Source of the DNA: Candidatus Woesearchaeota archaeon
GTDB lineage: Archaea; Nanobdellota; Nanobdellia; Pacearchaeales; GW2011-AR1
Direction of reading: 5' to 3'
Length of the DNA: 46,450 nucleotides
NCBI GenBank assembly: GCA_964601675.1
Contig: CAZROF010000003.1
Span: forward strand, 1 to 46,450
In this document: positions 27,779 through 37,371 of the stretch, one piece after another
How the letters are laid out: each line of letters opens with the position of its first letter
How positions within the stretch are numbered: the stretch's first letter is position 1
The notes under the pieces: generated by a model
The model's database searches: none
What the model saw: the letters and a program-made list of their open reading frames with translations, nothing else
Told to the model about the DNA's origin: nothing
Translations under genes and position numbers: made by a program

Positions 27779-28111
27779 ATGGAGATAGCGACATATACAG
27801 AAAAATATAACTTTGGAGAGGTTGGCGTTGGCTATATTAATGGAATATTCTCTAACAATAGTGATACCGAATTTTCTGTTAATTTTAAATATGGAAAAAA
27901 TAGGGATGATGAGTTTGTTCTGAATGTGGTTAATGGTAGTGATAATATAGATGTTGCTCGTGCGGGATTAGAGGGTTTTGCTAAGGGGCTTATGCTTTCT
28001 TCTAACAGGATGTATGTTTCTTTGAATGAAAATAATTGGCTTGAATATTTTCTCGAGAGTCCTCTTTTTCCTCGGCCTAGTCAGGAAGAGTTGAGGGATA
28101 GGGCTGTATAG
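27779..28111 (+). CDS. Hypothetical protein
   Basis: 110-aa ORF with TATAAA upstream. Confidence 0.6.
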   Translation: MEIATYTEKYNFGEVGVGYINGIFSNNSDTEFSVNFKYGKNRDDEFVLNVVNGSDNIDVARAGLEGFAKGLMLSSNRMYVSLNENNWLEYFLESPLFPRPSQEELRDRAV

Positions 28112-28202
28112 TGATTTGTTTTCTGTAAAATTTTATGAGTATAGGTTTTTAGGGTTGTTTTTATTTGAGTAGCTTTATTAAGGTTTGATGGTTGGACTTT
28201 TT

Positions 28203-28817
28203 ATGGGGTCGAATAAAACTTCCGATGAATTTAATTTTTTAGAGGCTGCTTTTGTTAAGCGAACGCAATTATTTAGAGATTGCACGAATTTCGTCGTCGG
28301 GAAAGGCAACCCTAGGGCGGATATTTTGTTTGTGGGAGAGGCTCCTGGTAAAAACGAGGACGAACAGGGGTTCCCGTTTGTTGGTGCGGCGGGAAAGAAT
28401 TTGGATAAGTTGCTTGAAAAAGTTGGGTTGAATTTGGATGATGTTTATATCGCCAACATATTGAAATGTAGGCCTCCCGAGAATAGGGATCCTTTGCCTG
28501 AGGAAATTAAGATACATACTCCGTGGTTATTGAAGCAAATTAAAGAGATGAAACCTAAGGTTGTTTGCTCCTTGGGTAATTATGCAACAAAGTTTTTTTT
28601 ATCTTCGGGGAAAGTAGATTTGATGAAAGGACAGCCTGGAATTACGCAGGTCCATGGCTCTGTTAAAGAGATTGAGATTGATGGAGTGAGTTTAAAATTA
28701 ATTCCTCTATTCCATCCAGCTGCAATTATCTATAATAGGACTAAATTAACACCCTTATGGGAAGCAGATATGGAGAAGGTTAAAAATGAGGTTAATTTTT
28801 TAAAAATTACAAGTTAG
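28203..28817 (+). CDS. udg: Uracil-DNA glycosylase, family 4
   Basis: GEAPG, PFVGAAG, NILKCRPPENR, FHPAA. Confidence 0.93.
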   Translation: MGSNKTSDEFNFLEAAFVKRTQLFRDCTNFVVGKGNPRADILFVGEAPGKNEDEQGFPFVGAAGKNLDKLLEKVGLNLDDVYIANILKCRPPENRDPLPEEIKIHTPWLLKQIKEMKPKVVCSLGNYATKFFLSSGKVDLMKGQPGITQVHGSVKEIEIDGVSLKLIPLFHPAAIIYNRTKLTPLWEADMEKVKNEVNFLKITS

Positions 28818-28851
28818 ATTAGGTGTCCCGGTTCTATTTTCAATAATCTAA

Positions 28852-28998
28852 TTATCTTCGTTTAAATGGGGCAGACCTTGGAGGAGCGTTTTTGATTTTT
28901 TGGAAGATGTAGCTTACTGATTTGGTTTTTTTAGAACACTTAATACATGTGTCTTTGAGTGTATAAATATTGCATTGGGAGCATTTTTTTAATTCCAT
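28852..28998 (-). CDS. nop10: Nop10-like zinc-ribbon protein
   Basis: KCSQCNIYTLKDTCIKC; canonical position after aIF2alpha; C-terminus divergent. Confidence 0.8.
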   Translation of the reverse strand: MELKKCSQCNIYTLKDTCIKCSKKTKSVSYIFQKIKNAPPRSAPFKRR

Positions 28999-29017
28999 GA
29001 GTTGTTTTGATTTAATT

Positions 29018-29722
29018 TCATTTGTCTTCGGTCGCAAAGAATTCGCAATTATTTTCTTTTGCCTTTCTTTCTAAGTCCTCTAATATATCATTCATTTCCT
29101 TTTTACCTGTCTTAAAATCTTCTACTGTTAGTTTTAGGAAAAATTTTCCTGCAGAGATGTAAGTCACTTTTATGTTATCATTTTTTAAATCGAAAATTTT
29201 TTTTATTCTTGTCAACCCATCATTTTCTAGACATTTTATTTTTATATTTTGCTTGAGTTGCTCATTTTTCCTTTTTTTATTTATTATTTTTTCTATTGTT
29301 TCTTGATTTTCTTTTGGAATATATTTTTGTATTAACTCTGGATTTGTTCTTGCTGATATTACAAATTCGTTTAAATTTGCATAGTCTTTTAATATTACTT
29401 CTGTGATTTTATGTTCTTTTTCTTTTAGAATCTGTTTAAATGCTACATTTATTGCTTGGGCATGTTTGAATTTTTGCATTACCTCTTTCTTTTCTTTTGA
29501 GTTTACTCTTCGAAGACTTAGATGCACATTGTCTCCTTCTATTTTTAGAATTTTACATACAATTTGCTTATTTGGCACAACATATTGACGCATTAATTTT
29601 ATTCTTCCTGCCGCAATTTCTGATGATATAATAGTTCCTTCTTGGCTATTTGGCATTTCTACGAATATGATTGTGTTTGTTATTTTCTTTACTTTACAAA
29701 GTATTAAATCACCTTCTTTCAT
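29018..29722 (-). CDS. eif2a: Translation initiation factor 2 alpha subunit
   Basis: N-terminal S1 domain (EGDLILCKV, ISSEIAAGRI, HLSLRRV); between S27e and Nop10. Confidence 0.88.
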   Translation of the reverse strand: MKEGDLILCKVKKITNTIIFVEMPNSQEGTIISSEIAAGRIKLMRQYVVPNKQIVCKILKIEGDNVHLSLRRVNSKEKKEVMQKFKHAQAINVAFKQILKEKEHKITEVILKDYANLNEFVISARTNPELIQKYIPKENQETIEKIINKKRKNEQLKQNIKIKCLENDGLTRIKKIFDLKNDNIKVTYISAGKFFLKLTVEDFKTGKKEMNDILEDLERKAKENNCEFFATEDK

Positions 29723-29802
29723 TGGTCCCCTTTTTTTAGAAAAAGAAATTTCTTAGAATTAGAAAATTTCTTTTTCAATTCTTTGCATTGATTTAATTTC
29801 AT
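29723..29802 (-). repeat. MKLN leader element, copy B (uORF 29802-29719, 27 aa, ATGA-coupled to eif2a)
   Basis: ATGAAATTAAATCAA...TTTTCTAATTCTAAGAAATTTCTTTTTCTAAAA. Confidence 0.85.
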
Positions 29803-29835
29803 TATTTTATTAAGATAGTTGTTTATTTAAATCTT

Positions 29836-30006
29836 TTATAAGACTTCTTCTACTTTCGCTCGTATTTTGGCCTTTCCAGATGAAGGTATAGCTAGGACTG
29901 CGTTGCATCCGAGACATCTAACTTTTGTGGAGGCTTTCCCGAAAATTGTCTGTGATTCCTTGCATTTAGAGCATTTCACTTTTATGAATTTTCCTTTTTG
30001 TTCCAT
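29836..30006 (-). CDS. rps27e: Ribosomal protein S27e, 56 aa (not in ORF track)
   Basis: MEQKGKFIKVKCSKCKESQTIFGKASTKVRCLGCNAVLAIPSSGKAKIRAKVEEVL*. Confidence 0.95.
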   Translation of the reverse strand: MEQKGKFIKVKCSKCKESQTIFGKASTKVRCLGCNAVLAIPSSGKAKIRAKVEEVL

Positions 30007-30131
30007 CTAATTTGATGAGGAGTTTGGTTTTTAAACTTTGGTATGGTGCCAGAATAGGGTTTGTTGCCTATGGGTATATATATATACTTTAGCATAATAT
30101 TATTTAAAAGTAGGTTCTAGTTTTTGGGGGT

Positions 30132-31715
30132 ATGCAAAGAAAATATATCGTAGTGACTGGTGGCGTTCTTTTTGGTTTAGGGAAGGGAATTGCCATGGCT
30201 AGTATAGGAAATATTTTATCGTCTTCTTATAAAGTTGTTCCAGTTAAATGTGATGGCTATTTGAATGTTGATCCTGGTACTATGAATCCCTTGGAACATG
30301 GAGAAGTTTTTGTTTTAGATGATGGGGGAGAGGTTGATATGGATTTTGGACATTATGAAAGATTTTTGGATGTGATTTGTAATGGTGACTGGAATTTGAC
30401 GATGGGGAGAGTTTTTGATGAGATTAGAAAGAAAGAAAGAAAGGGAGATTATTTGGGAAAAACTGTACAAATGATTCCGCATGTTTCCAATTTTATTAAA
30501 GATCATTTTTTGAAAGTTGGAAAGGAATCAGGCGCGGATGTTTTGTTGATTGAAGTTGGTGGAACTATTGGGGACATGGAAAATGAGTTATACCTTGACG
30601 CGATTAGGAGTTTGGCTAGAAAGGTTGGAAGAGAAAATATTTTATTTATACATCTAACTTATGTACCGATTCCACACGGGGTTGATGAACAAAAATCTAA
30701 ACCAACACAGCAAAGTGTGAATTTACTTAGGCAAAAGGGGATTAATCCTGATATTGTGATTGCTCGTTGTAGTGAGATGTTGACTAAAGGGACTCGAAGT
30801 AAGATTGCTAAATTTGGGAATTTGGATTTTGATAAAGTTCTTACCGGAGTTGATGTTGATGATGTATATAAAATTCCGCTTAGTTTTGAGGAGCAGGGAT
30901 TGTCTCAATTGATTGCTCGTCAATTGAATATGCCTATTAATGTTGATTTGAAAAAATGGAAAAGTTTAATTGATAAAAAAGAAGCTGCAACAAAAGAGGT
31001 TATCGTTGGTATTGCTGGAAAATATACATCATTAGAGGACTCTTATGCTAGTATTGTTGAAGCGCTAAAACACTGTGAGGCAAATTTGGGAGTTAAGATT
31101 AGGGTGAAGTGGATTGATACAGATGAAGGAAATCTTGATGTTTTAGATGAAGTTCATGGGGTTATTGTGCCTGGTGGATTTGGTTCTCGTGGAACTGAGG
31201 GGAAAATTGATGTTGTGAGATATTGCCGAAAAAATGGAGTCCCTTTTTTGGGAATTTGTTACGGGCTACAGATGGCCGTGATTGAATTTGCTCGAGATAT
31301 TTGCGGGCTAAAGGATGCTAATAGTACTGAAGTTGATAAGGGCTGCGAACACCCTGTTGTTGATATCATGGAAAGCCAAAAGAATATTGAGAATAAAGGT
31401 GGAACTATGAGACTTGGTGCTTATACTGCATATATCAAGGAGGGAACGAAGGTTTTTAATTTATATGGGGCTGATGAAGTTAGTGAGAGACACCGACACC
31501 GATTTGAAGTTAATCCTAAATATCATGAGACGCTGGAAAGAAAAGGTTTAATTTTGAGTGGAATTTCTCCGGATGGGACTTTAGTTGAGTTTATTGAGTT
31601 AAAGAATCATCCTTATTTTGTCGCTACACAGGCTCATCCTGAATTAAAGAGTTCTTTATTAAAACCGGCGCCATTATTCAAGGGATTTGTTTCGGCTTGT
31701 ATTAATAATTCTTAG
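30132..31715 (+). CDS. pyrG: CTP synthase
   Basis: DGYLNVDPGTM, KSKPTQ, VPGGFG, GICYG, ERHRHR, QAHPE. Confidence 0.97.
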   Translation: MQRKYIVVTGGVLFGLGKGIAMASIGNILSSSYKVVPVKCDGYLNVDPGTMNPLEHGEVFVLDDGGEVDMDFGHYERFLDVICNGDWNLTMGRVFDEIRKKERKGDYLGKTVQMIPHVSNFIKDHFLKVGKESGADVLLIEVGGTIGDMENELYLDAIRSLARKVGRENILFIHLTYVPIPHGVDEQKSKPTQQSVNLLRQKGINPDIVIARCSEMLTKGTRSKIAKFGNLDFDKVLTGVDVDDVYKIPLSFEEQGLSQLIARQLNMPINVDLKKWKSLIDKKEAATKEVIVGIAGKYTSLEDSYASIVEALKHCEANLGVKIRVKWIDTDEGNLDVLDEVHGVIVPGGFGSRGTEGKIDVVRYCRKNGVPFLGICYGLQMAVIEFARDICGLKDANSTEVDKGCEHPVVDIMESQKNIENKGGTMRLGAYTAYIKEGTKVFNLYGADEVSERHRHRFEVNPKYHETLERKGLILSGISPDGTLVEFIELKNHPYFVATQAHPELKSSLLKPAPLFKGFVSACINNS

Positions 31716-31770
31716 TGGTTTATATTTCGTTGGAAGAATATTTTGTCTAAACCTGTTAAGAATTAGAATT
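31706..31770. repeat. Bulged inverted-repeat element, copy 2 (overlaps pyrG stop)
   Basis: TAATTCTTAGTGGTTTA...CGTTGGAAGAA...TTGTCTAAACCTGTTAAGAATTA; homologous to 26336-26439. Confidence 0.85.
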
Positions 31771-31856
31771 GTTTGTGGGAATATTTTGTAGGTATGGTTT
31801 TAATTGTTGTAATTAAATGTATAAATGTTTTTATATATGTGATTGCTTTTGACTGT

Positions 31857-32327
31857 ATGGGGAAAGCTAAAAGTTTAGAGGTGTTAATTAGACTTTATGA
31901 TAATATGAAGGAGAGTTTTTCTGATATGTATCATGGGTTAAATAATTCTGATTATGATGATGGGCTGAGGGCGTCGTTGGCGGAGAGTGAGGTGCTTGGG
32001 CTGAAATGGGGCGATTTTTATATAGTGCATGAGGGTTTGGTTGAGGAGGACAAAAGAAAACATATTGAGAAGTTGAGAAAAGATGTATTGAGGGTTGATT
32101 TGATGCGTGGGGAAAATGATATTTCTATATATTTGGTTTCTTCTGGAGAGAGGATTAAATTTAATTCTAAGATGACAGTGGAGGAGTTTTACAGTAAACA
32201 GAAAGAGATAGAAGTTGCAAAAGTTGAGGAGGGGCAGATAGTTAAGGTGTTTCCAGAAGATAGGATTATTTGTCCGGATGATTTTTCTGAAGCTCAGAAC
32301 TATTTTAGTGGCAATTTGAGGTATTAA
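31857..32327 (+). CDS. Hypothetical protein
   Basis: Acidic soluble ORF; ATG 31857 preferred because of the upstream TATA-like tract. Confidence 0.6.
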   Translation: MGKAKSLEVLIRLYDNMKESFSDMYHGLNNSDYDDGLRASLAESEVLGLKWGDFYIVHEGLVEEDKRKHIEKLRKDVLRVDLMRGENDISIYLVSSGERIKFNSKMTVEEFYSKQKEIEVAKVEEGQIVKVFPEDRIICPDDFSEAQNYFSGNLRY

Positions 32328-32329
32328 GA

Positions 32330-33679
32330 TTATACTTTAACAATCTCAACTTCTAATTCTTTTTTCAAAGTGTCAATAAAAGAGGATTCTTTATTTCTTT
32401 CTATTAAACATCCTGCTGCAGAACAATGTCCTCCGACTTCTGCTGAGGTTTCTGGGTTTGCCTCTCTGAATGTTATTATAGTTTTTTCCAAAACTTCTTT
32501 TAGATTTCTTCCTTCGTGCCCTACTATTCTAGCTGAAACTTTTATTTTGTCTTTATTGTATGCCATTCCGATAAGGATTGTTCCTTCTTCGTATTTGGGA
32601 GAACTTGAAAGCATTGAGCAGATTGTTCCGACTATTGCATCTTTTATTTCGTTCTTGGCGTTTAGAATAACGAATCCTTTTCCTTTAATTTTGTCCATTT
32701 TTTCTGCAACTTTTAATCCTGAGACTAATTCTTGTTTGTATTTTGTGTAGATATCTAATGCCCGTGTTTTTGCGGATTCGCTTTCTAGGCAGTATGAGAT
32801 TGCAATGTCTGATCTCTTTAGTCTTGAGCATGCGTTGATTAGGGTTGAAATTTCTCGGACGTCTTCTTTTGTGTTGAAGAATTTTAGGATGTAGAGATTT
32901 CCTAAGATGTCTTCTGGTTTGTTATGTTGGGCTCGTCTTATCATTATTGCGGTTATTAGTTTTGACATTTCTTCGTCGGATAGTTCCATTAGGGTTTTTT
33001 CGTAAGGTATTCCGGTTTCTCTTAGGATTTCCATTGCTCCTGGACCGGAACCTGTAACTCCTGGGATATATGGGGAGGTTGACCATTCTAATGCTCGGCG
33101 TAGTGGTCTTGTTGAAGGATATATTGCTATACCTTTTTTTATTTTGAGATCTTGTGCTTCGTTGATTATTTGTTGATTTATTTTAGATAAGTTTGTTTCG
33201 TGACGATCTCCGATTAGTCCAATTATTGCTAAGGATGAAAGATCTTGATTGTCTGGGGAGATTGTTTTTGCGAATAGATAACAAATTCCTGCCCCTGTTG
33301 CCTTGTTCTTTTCTGGATTTAGGGTTAAATGCGGGTTGATTATTTTTGTGTTTTTGTTAACCTTATTTTTATCTAGTTCATGATGGTCTAATATAAATAC
33401 TGGTTGTTCTAAATCTTTGAAATGGTCTAAATTGGATGAGGCTAAGTCTGAAAATAGGAGAACTTCGTTTGGTTGTCTTGCTATTTCTTCCTTAAGGATA
33501 GAGTCTTCTAATCCTTTAACTATTCGTATCGAGAATTTCTTATCGAGTCTTGAGAATGTTTTCGCGAGGATTGCGGCTGAAGTTATGCCGTCGGTGTCGT
33601 GATGGGATATGATTCTTATTGGTTTGTTTTTTGAGAATTTGAGGAATTCTCTGGTAAAGGTATCAATCTCTTTTAGCAT
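32330..33679 (-). CDS. RecJ-like DHH phosphoesterase
   Basis: HHDTDG, FSDL, LDHH, GGH in the DHHA1 domain; syntenic with uS15. Confidence 0.9.
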   Translation of the reverse strand: MLKEIDTFTREFLKFSKNKPIRIISHHDTDGITSAAILAKTFSRLDKKFSIRIVKGLEDSILKEEIARQPNEVLLFSDLASSNLDHFKDLEQPVFILDHHELDKNKVNKNTKIINPHLTLNPEKNKATGAGICYLFAKTISPDNQDLSSLAIIGLIGDRHETNLSKINQQIINEAQDLKIKKGIAIYPSTRPLRRALEWSTSPYIPGVTGSGPGAMEILRETGIPYEKTLMELSDEEMSKLITAIMIRRAQHNKPEDILGNLYILKFFNTKEDVREISTLINACSRLKRSDIAISYCLESESAKTRALDIYTKYKQELVSGLKVAEKMDKIKGKGFVILNAKNEIKDAIVGTICSMLSSSPKYEEGTILIGMAYNKDKIKVSARIVGHEGRNLKEVLEKTIITFREANPETSAEVGGHCSAAGCLIERNKESSFIDTLKKELEVEIVKV

Positions 33680-33793
33680 ATACAAAGAAATTTTGTTCCC
33701 TTATAAAGATTTATGAGGTAAAATTTTTATTTTATATTAATTGTAGAGTGAAATATTTGGATTGTGATTAGATTAAATTAAAATGTTTTAGAT

Positions 33794-34156
33794 TTATTTC
33801 TTTTTCTTTCTATTCCTGATTGGGATTCCGAAGTATTTCTTGATGATATTTAATCTAGACTGTGCGTGTTGTAGTTTGTGTTTTGCACTTCGGTCTGTTA
33901 TGTTGTTTTTTAGATGCTCTTTTAATCCTGTTACTTTTTTTTCTGCATTTTCAAGATCTTCATTTCTTTCTATTCCTAGCTCTTGCATATATTCCTTTAA
34001 TTTTTTACCGAAGATTTTTGTTGTTGGAATTCCGTATTGGTCTCGTAGGATTATTCCGATTTGAGATGGTGCATATTTTTCTGAGAGTTCTAGAATTGTT
34101 TTTTTTAGTTCTGGTTCTTTCATTTTAACCCATGTTGGTTTTTTTAGCTCTGCCAT
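33794..34156 (-). CDS. rps15: Ribosomal protein S15 (uS15/S13e type)
   Basis: KPTWV, PSQIGIILRDQYGIP, HLKNNITDR. Confidence 0.93.
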   Translation of the reverse strand: MAELKKPTWVKMKEPELKKTILELSEKYAPSQIGIILRDQYGIPTTKIFGKKLKEYMQELGIERNEDLENAEKKVTGLKEHLKNNITDRSAKHKLQHAQSRLNIIKKYFGIPIRNRKKKK

Positions 34157-34419
34157 TGTAATTGATGTAAATTTGGGTTTTTAAAGTTAGTGGGTGAGGG
34201 GGCTGTGGATGATAATTAGTATTAATTGAGTACACTTTTAACTATATGATTCTGGTAAAATCGTTATAAAATTGACTTATAATCTATGACTAAAAAATAA
34301 GCAGGTCAAAATAAGTAGGGAATATTTTCTTATAAAGTTTGTGTCTTTTCGGTTTCAGGGTAGAGTTATTTTCATATATATTTCAGAAATTAATTAAAGG
34401 AGGGTTGGCTTGATTTTTT

Positions 34420-35313
34420 ATGAAGAAGTGGTGGCTGTGGTTGTTTGTGGTTGTTTTTTCATTTTTCATTTTTGGATTTTTGCATCATCTGGTCAATGAG
34501 GATAAGACAAAATTAGTTAGTCTTCCGAAGAATAATAGTATTGATAATGCCTCTGTTTCAGAGTTGCAGAGTGGTTTAAGTGCATCTGTTGCAGTAATAA
34601 ATCTCTCTCATCTTCCAGAGATTGTTCATCATAATTTTATTGAGTTGGATAAGATTTTTAAGATTTCGAAATTTCGTTCTGGATATGGGCACGATTTTAG
34701 TAGCGGGTTTAATGAAACTGGGGTGTGTAGGAGTATGAAGTATTATTTTATGATTAAAGGAATCGACGATGCGTTTTGGTCCAGATATCATGAGGGGAAG
34801 GTTTCGAAGGGGGATTGGCCTGTGGTGAGATATTTTGCTCCTGTTTCGGGAACTATCGTCGATATACGTTCTGCGGAGAATATGTTTAGGGATAGGGAGT
34901 ATCAGTTTATTTTGAAGTCCGATAAATGGCCTAATATTTTGTTTGGGTTTTTTCATGTTGTTCTTCAAAAGAATATTAGTTTGGGGAGTAAGGTTTATGG
35001 CGGGGAATTTTTGGGAGTGATTAGTCCGGGCAATGATGGAGAGATAGCCGTTACGGTTAATCCTAATTCGGATAATCAGCTCGTGTCCTTTTTTGAATTG
35101 GTTGACGATAGTGTGTTTTCTGAATATCGGAAGAGGGGTGTTGGTTCGAGAGAGGAGTTTATTATATCTGCGAGAGAACGGAATCAGAATCCTTTGATAT
35201 GTGGGGATGATTGGGAGAGGCGGTTTATTGGGAGTTCGGAAATACCTAATGATAAGAGTGCGTATGATTCGTGGTCTATGGGAGGGGATAATTGGGTATT
35301 TTTGAAAAATTGA
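34420..35313 (+). CDS. Membrane-anchored extracellular protein with M23-like/hybrid-fold segment
   Basis: N-terminal TM; FAPVSGTIV, FFHV, LGSKVYGGEFLG. Confidence 0.6.
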   Translation: MKKWWLWLFVVVFSFFIFGFLHHLVNEDKTKLVSLPKNNSIDNASVSELQSGLSASVAVINLSHLPEIVHHNFIELDKIFKISKFRSGYGHDFSSGFNETGVCRSMKYYFMIKGIDDAFWSRYHEGKVSKGDWPVVRYFAPVSGTIVDIRSAENMFRDREYQFILKSDKWPNILFGFFHVVLQKNISLGSKVYGGEFLGVISPGNDGEIAVTVNPNSDNQLVSFFELVDDSVFSEYRKRGVGSREEFIISARERNQNPLICGDDWERRFIGSSEIPNDKSAYDSWSMGGDNWVFLKN

Positions 35314-35688
35314 CTAACTATCCAAAAATATAAAAACTTTTTTAAAAATTCTCATATTGCAGCAATAAAAATTATAAAATCAAAGAATGGAGTCAGCAGA
35401 AAAGTTTCTGATTCATATTTTGTGTTAAATTTACTTAGTGCGGATGATAGCGATAAGGTTAGTTTAGTAATAAGTAATGCTGATAATTATGATGAAACAA
35501 CAAAAACAACAAGTGACAGGGTTTATTGCATTTATTTCCTGAAACTTTCTAGTTAGGAATTCTTGTTGGAGATACTGGCTCTTAAAAATCAGGGTTTTTA
35601 CCAGTAGGTGATTTGGTGATCTAAGGTTTAGGGTGGCATGATTTCTGAATTTACAATTCTTTATATAATGATATGCATGGTTTTTGTT

Positions 35689-36141
35689 ATGGTAAATAAT
35701 GTTTTGATTAAGGCTTCTGGGGATGTTGTTGAGAAAGAAGGTATTTTGGATTTTATTAGAGACAAGGCACGAGATAATTATGTTGTTGTTATTTGTGGTG
35801 CTGGTACGAAAATTGGAGAGGTGCTTAGGAGGAAGGGATATGACACAAAGTTTGATTTTCATGGTCGTATAACTGAAACTTTTGAAGAGAGGGTGATTGT
35901 CCGGAATGTTTTAGAGCGGGAACAAAAAAAGTTGCAAGATGGACTTGTTGGTACAGGGGCAAATGTCGTGATACCTATAATTGAGATGGCTTCTATTTTA
36001 TGTCATATAAATGGGGATATGTATGTTAAAGCTGGGTATTTGGGATTTGACGAGATTTATGTTTTTACTTTGAATGACAGGGTTGAAGGGAAGAAGAAGA
36101 TTTTTGAGGGTTTTGATAAGGTTGAAATTGTCGGGGTTTAA
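35689..36141 (+). CDS. Short amino-acid-kinase-like protein
   Basis: VLIKASG, VVICGAGT and INGD resemble AAK motifs (KxGG, HGGG, NAD); only 150 aa. Confidence 0.55.
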   Translation: MVNNVLIKASGDVVEKEGILDFIRDKARDNYVVVICGAGTKIGEVLRRKGYDTKFDFHGRITETFEERVIVRNVLEREQKKLQDGLVGTGANVVIPIIEMASILCHINGDMYVKAGYLGFDEIYVFTLNDRVEGKKKIFEGFDKVEIVGV

Positions 36142-36226
36142 GTGCGATTTTTATTTCATAAAAAATTGTGCATTCTTTGATTTTGTATTTTTTATGAAGT
36201 TTTTGAACTAGAATTTGAATAAAGAA

Positions 36227-36299
36227 TAGCCCCGCGCGGATTCGAACCGCGGTCGCTGGGATCAAAACCCAGAATCCTTGACCACTAGACTACGGGACT
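36227..36299 (-). tRNA. tRNA-Gln (UUG)
   Basis: AGTCCCG acceptor stem (A1-U72), CTGGG-TTTTGAT-CCCAG anticodon arm, GGTTCGAATCC T-arm; no intron, CCA not encoded. Confidence 0.97.
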
Positions 36300-36391
36300 A
36301 GTGAATTTATGAGATGGGAGGGATTTTTAAGTTTTAGTGTTTGGTTTTAGTGTGACTTAATTTTAAATAGATAGATATTGTAATTTCTTTT

Positions 36392-37264
36392 ATGGTATCT
36401 AGCGAGTTTTTTGTGGAGTTTAGTGTGTTATTTTTGTATATTTTTTCTTTTTATATTGCTTATAAAATTAAGAAGCTGGATTTTCTTATATATGCTACAA
36501 TTTTTTCGTTTTTTTTTGAAATTTTAAATGTGTTGAGTTTTTTACAGAATAGTTTTGGATATATTTATTCTAGTGGGTTTTTGATGTATGTATTTAATGT
36601 TCCACTTTTTATCATTTTGGCTTGGGGTATTTTATTTTTGGGTGCTTATTTGGTTTCTTTGAGGCTTCGTATGTCTAAGATTTCTCGTGTTTTATTCATT
36701 CCCGTTTTCATCACTTTAGTAGATTTTGTGATTGAGGGTGTTAGTGTAAATTTGGGATATTGGGTTTGGTTGGGGGCGGAAGGTGGCAGGGAACTTTTTT
36801 CGTCGATTGTTGCTTCTAATTTTGTTGGGTGGCTAGGGGTTAGTCTTGGGTTTATTTTGTGTTATGAGTATTTAGAAAGGAAATGGCTGAGTATGTTTTT
36901 GGGTTATTTGGTGTTTATGTTTTTAGAGTTTGCTTTTTTTAGTTTAAATTGGGTTTTGGGTTTTGTTGGGAACGAGGAATATATGTCATTGGGTGTTATT
37001 TTATTTTGTTTTATAGCTTCATGGTTTTATTTTTATCATAAGAATAAGATATTGAATAGAAATAAGAAAGATTTTAAGGTTGATTTTGGGCATGCAAAAT
37101 ATATTGTTTTTATGAGGGGTTTTTTTTATCTTTTTGCTTTATTTTATTTTTTTTGGGATAAATATTATTCAGATTTAGTTTATACTATTGTATTAGTTTT
37201 TGTGGTTTTTATGGAAATGTATTTTTTTCTGAGATTCAATGGGTTTATTAAGAAGAAGGTGTAG
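36392..37264 (+). CDS. DUF422/CruF-like membrane protein
   Basis: VPLFIILAW, DFVIE...LGYWVW, SNFVGW. Confidence 0.65.
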   Translation: MVSSEFFVEFSVLFLYIFSFYIAYKIKKLDFLIYATIFSFFFEILNVLSFLQNSFGYIYSSGFLMYVFNVPLFIILAWGILFLGAYLVSLRLRMSKISRVLFIPVFITLVDFVIEGVSVNLGYWVWLGAEGGRELFSSIVASNFVGWLGVSLGFILCYEYLERKWLSMFLGYLVFMFLEFAFFSLNWVLGFVGNEEYMSLGVILFCFIASWFYFYHKNKILNRNKKDFKVDFGHAKYIVFMRGFFYLFALFYFFWDKYYSDLVYTIVLVFVVFMEMYFFLRFNGFIKKKV

Positions 37265-37371
37265 TTAGTGTTGACTTAGTTTTAAAGGGCATTTTGTTTT
37301 GGTCTATTATAGAATTTAAAAATATTAAAATTCCCTATAAATTTATAAATTAGATTGGGTCTTTATTTTAT

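Noticed and set aside
30168-30173. pyrG N-terminal motif reads GGVLFGLGKG instead of GGVxSxLGKG
   Set aside because: A single C>T change explains it; it could be a sequencing error and cannot be judged here
34200-36299. Possible island integrated at the tRNA-Gln 3' end
   Set aside because: No duplicated tRNA 3' end and no integrase seen
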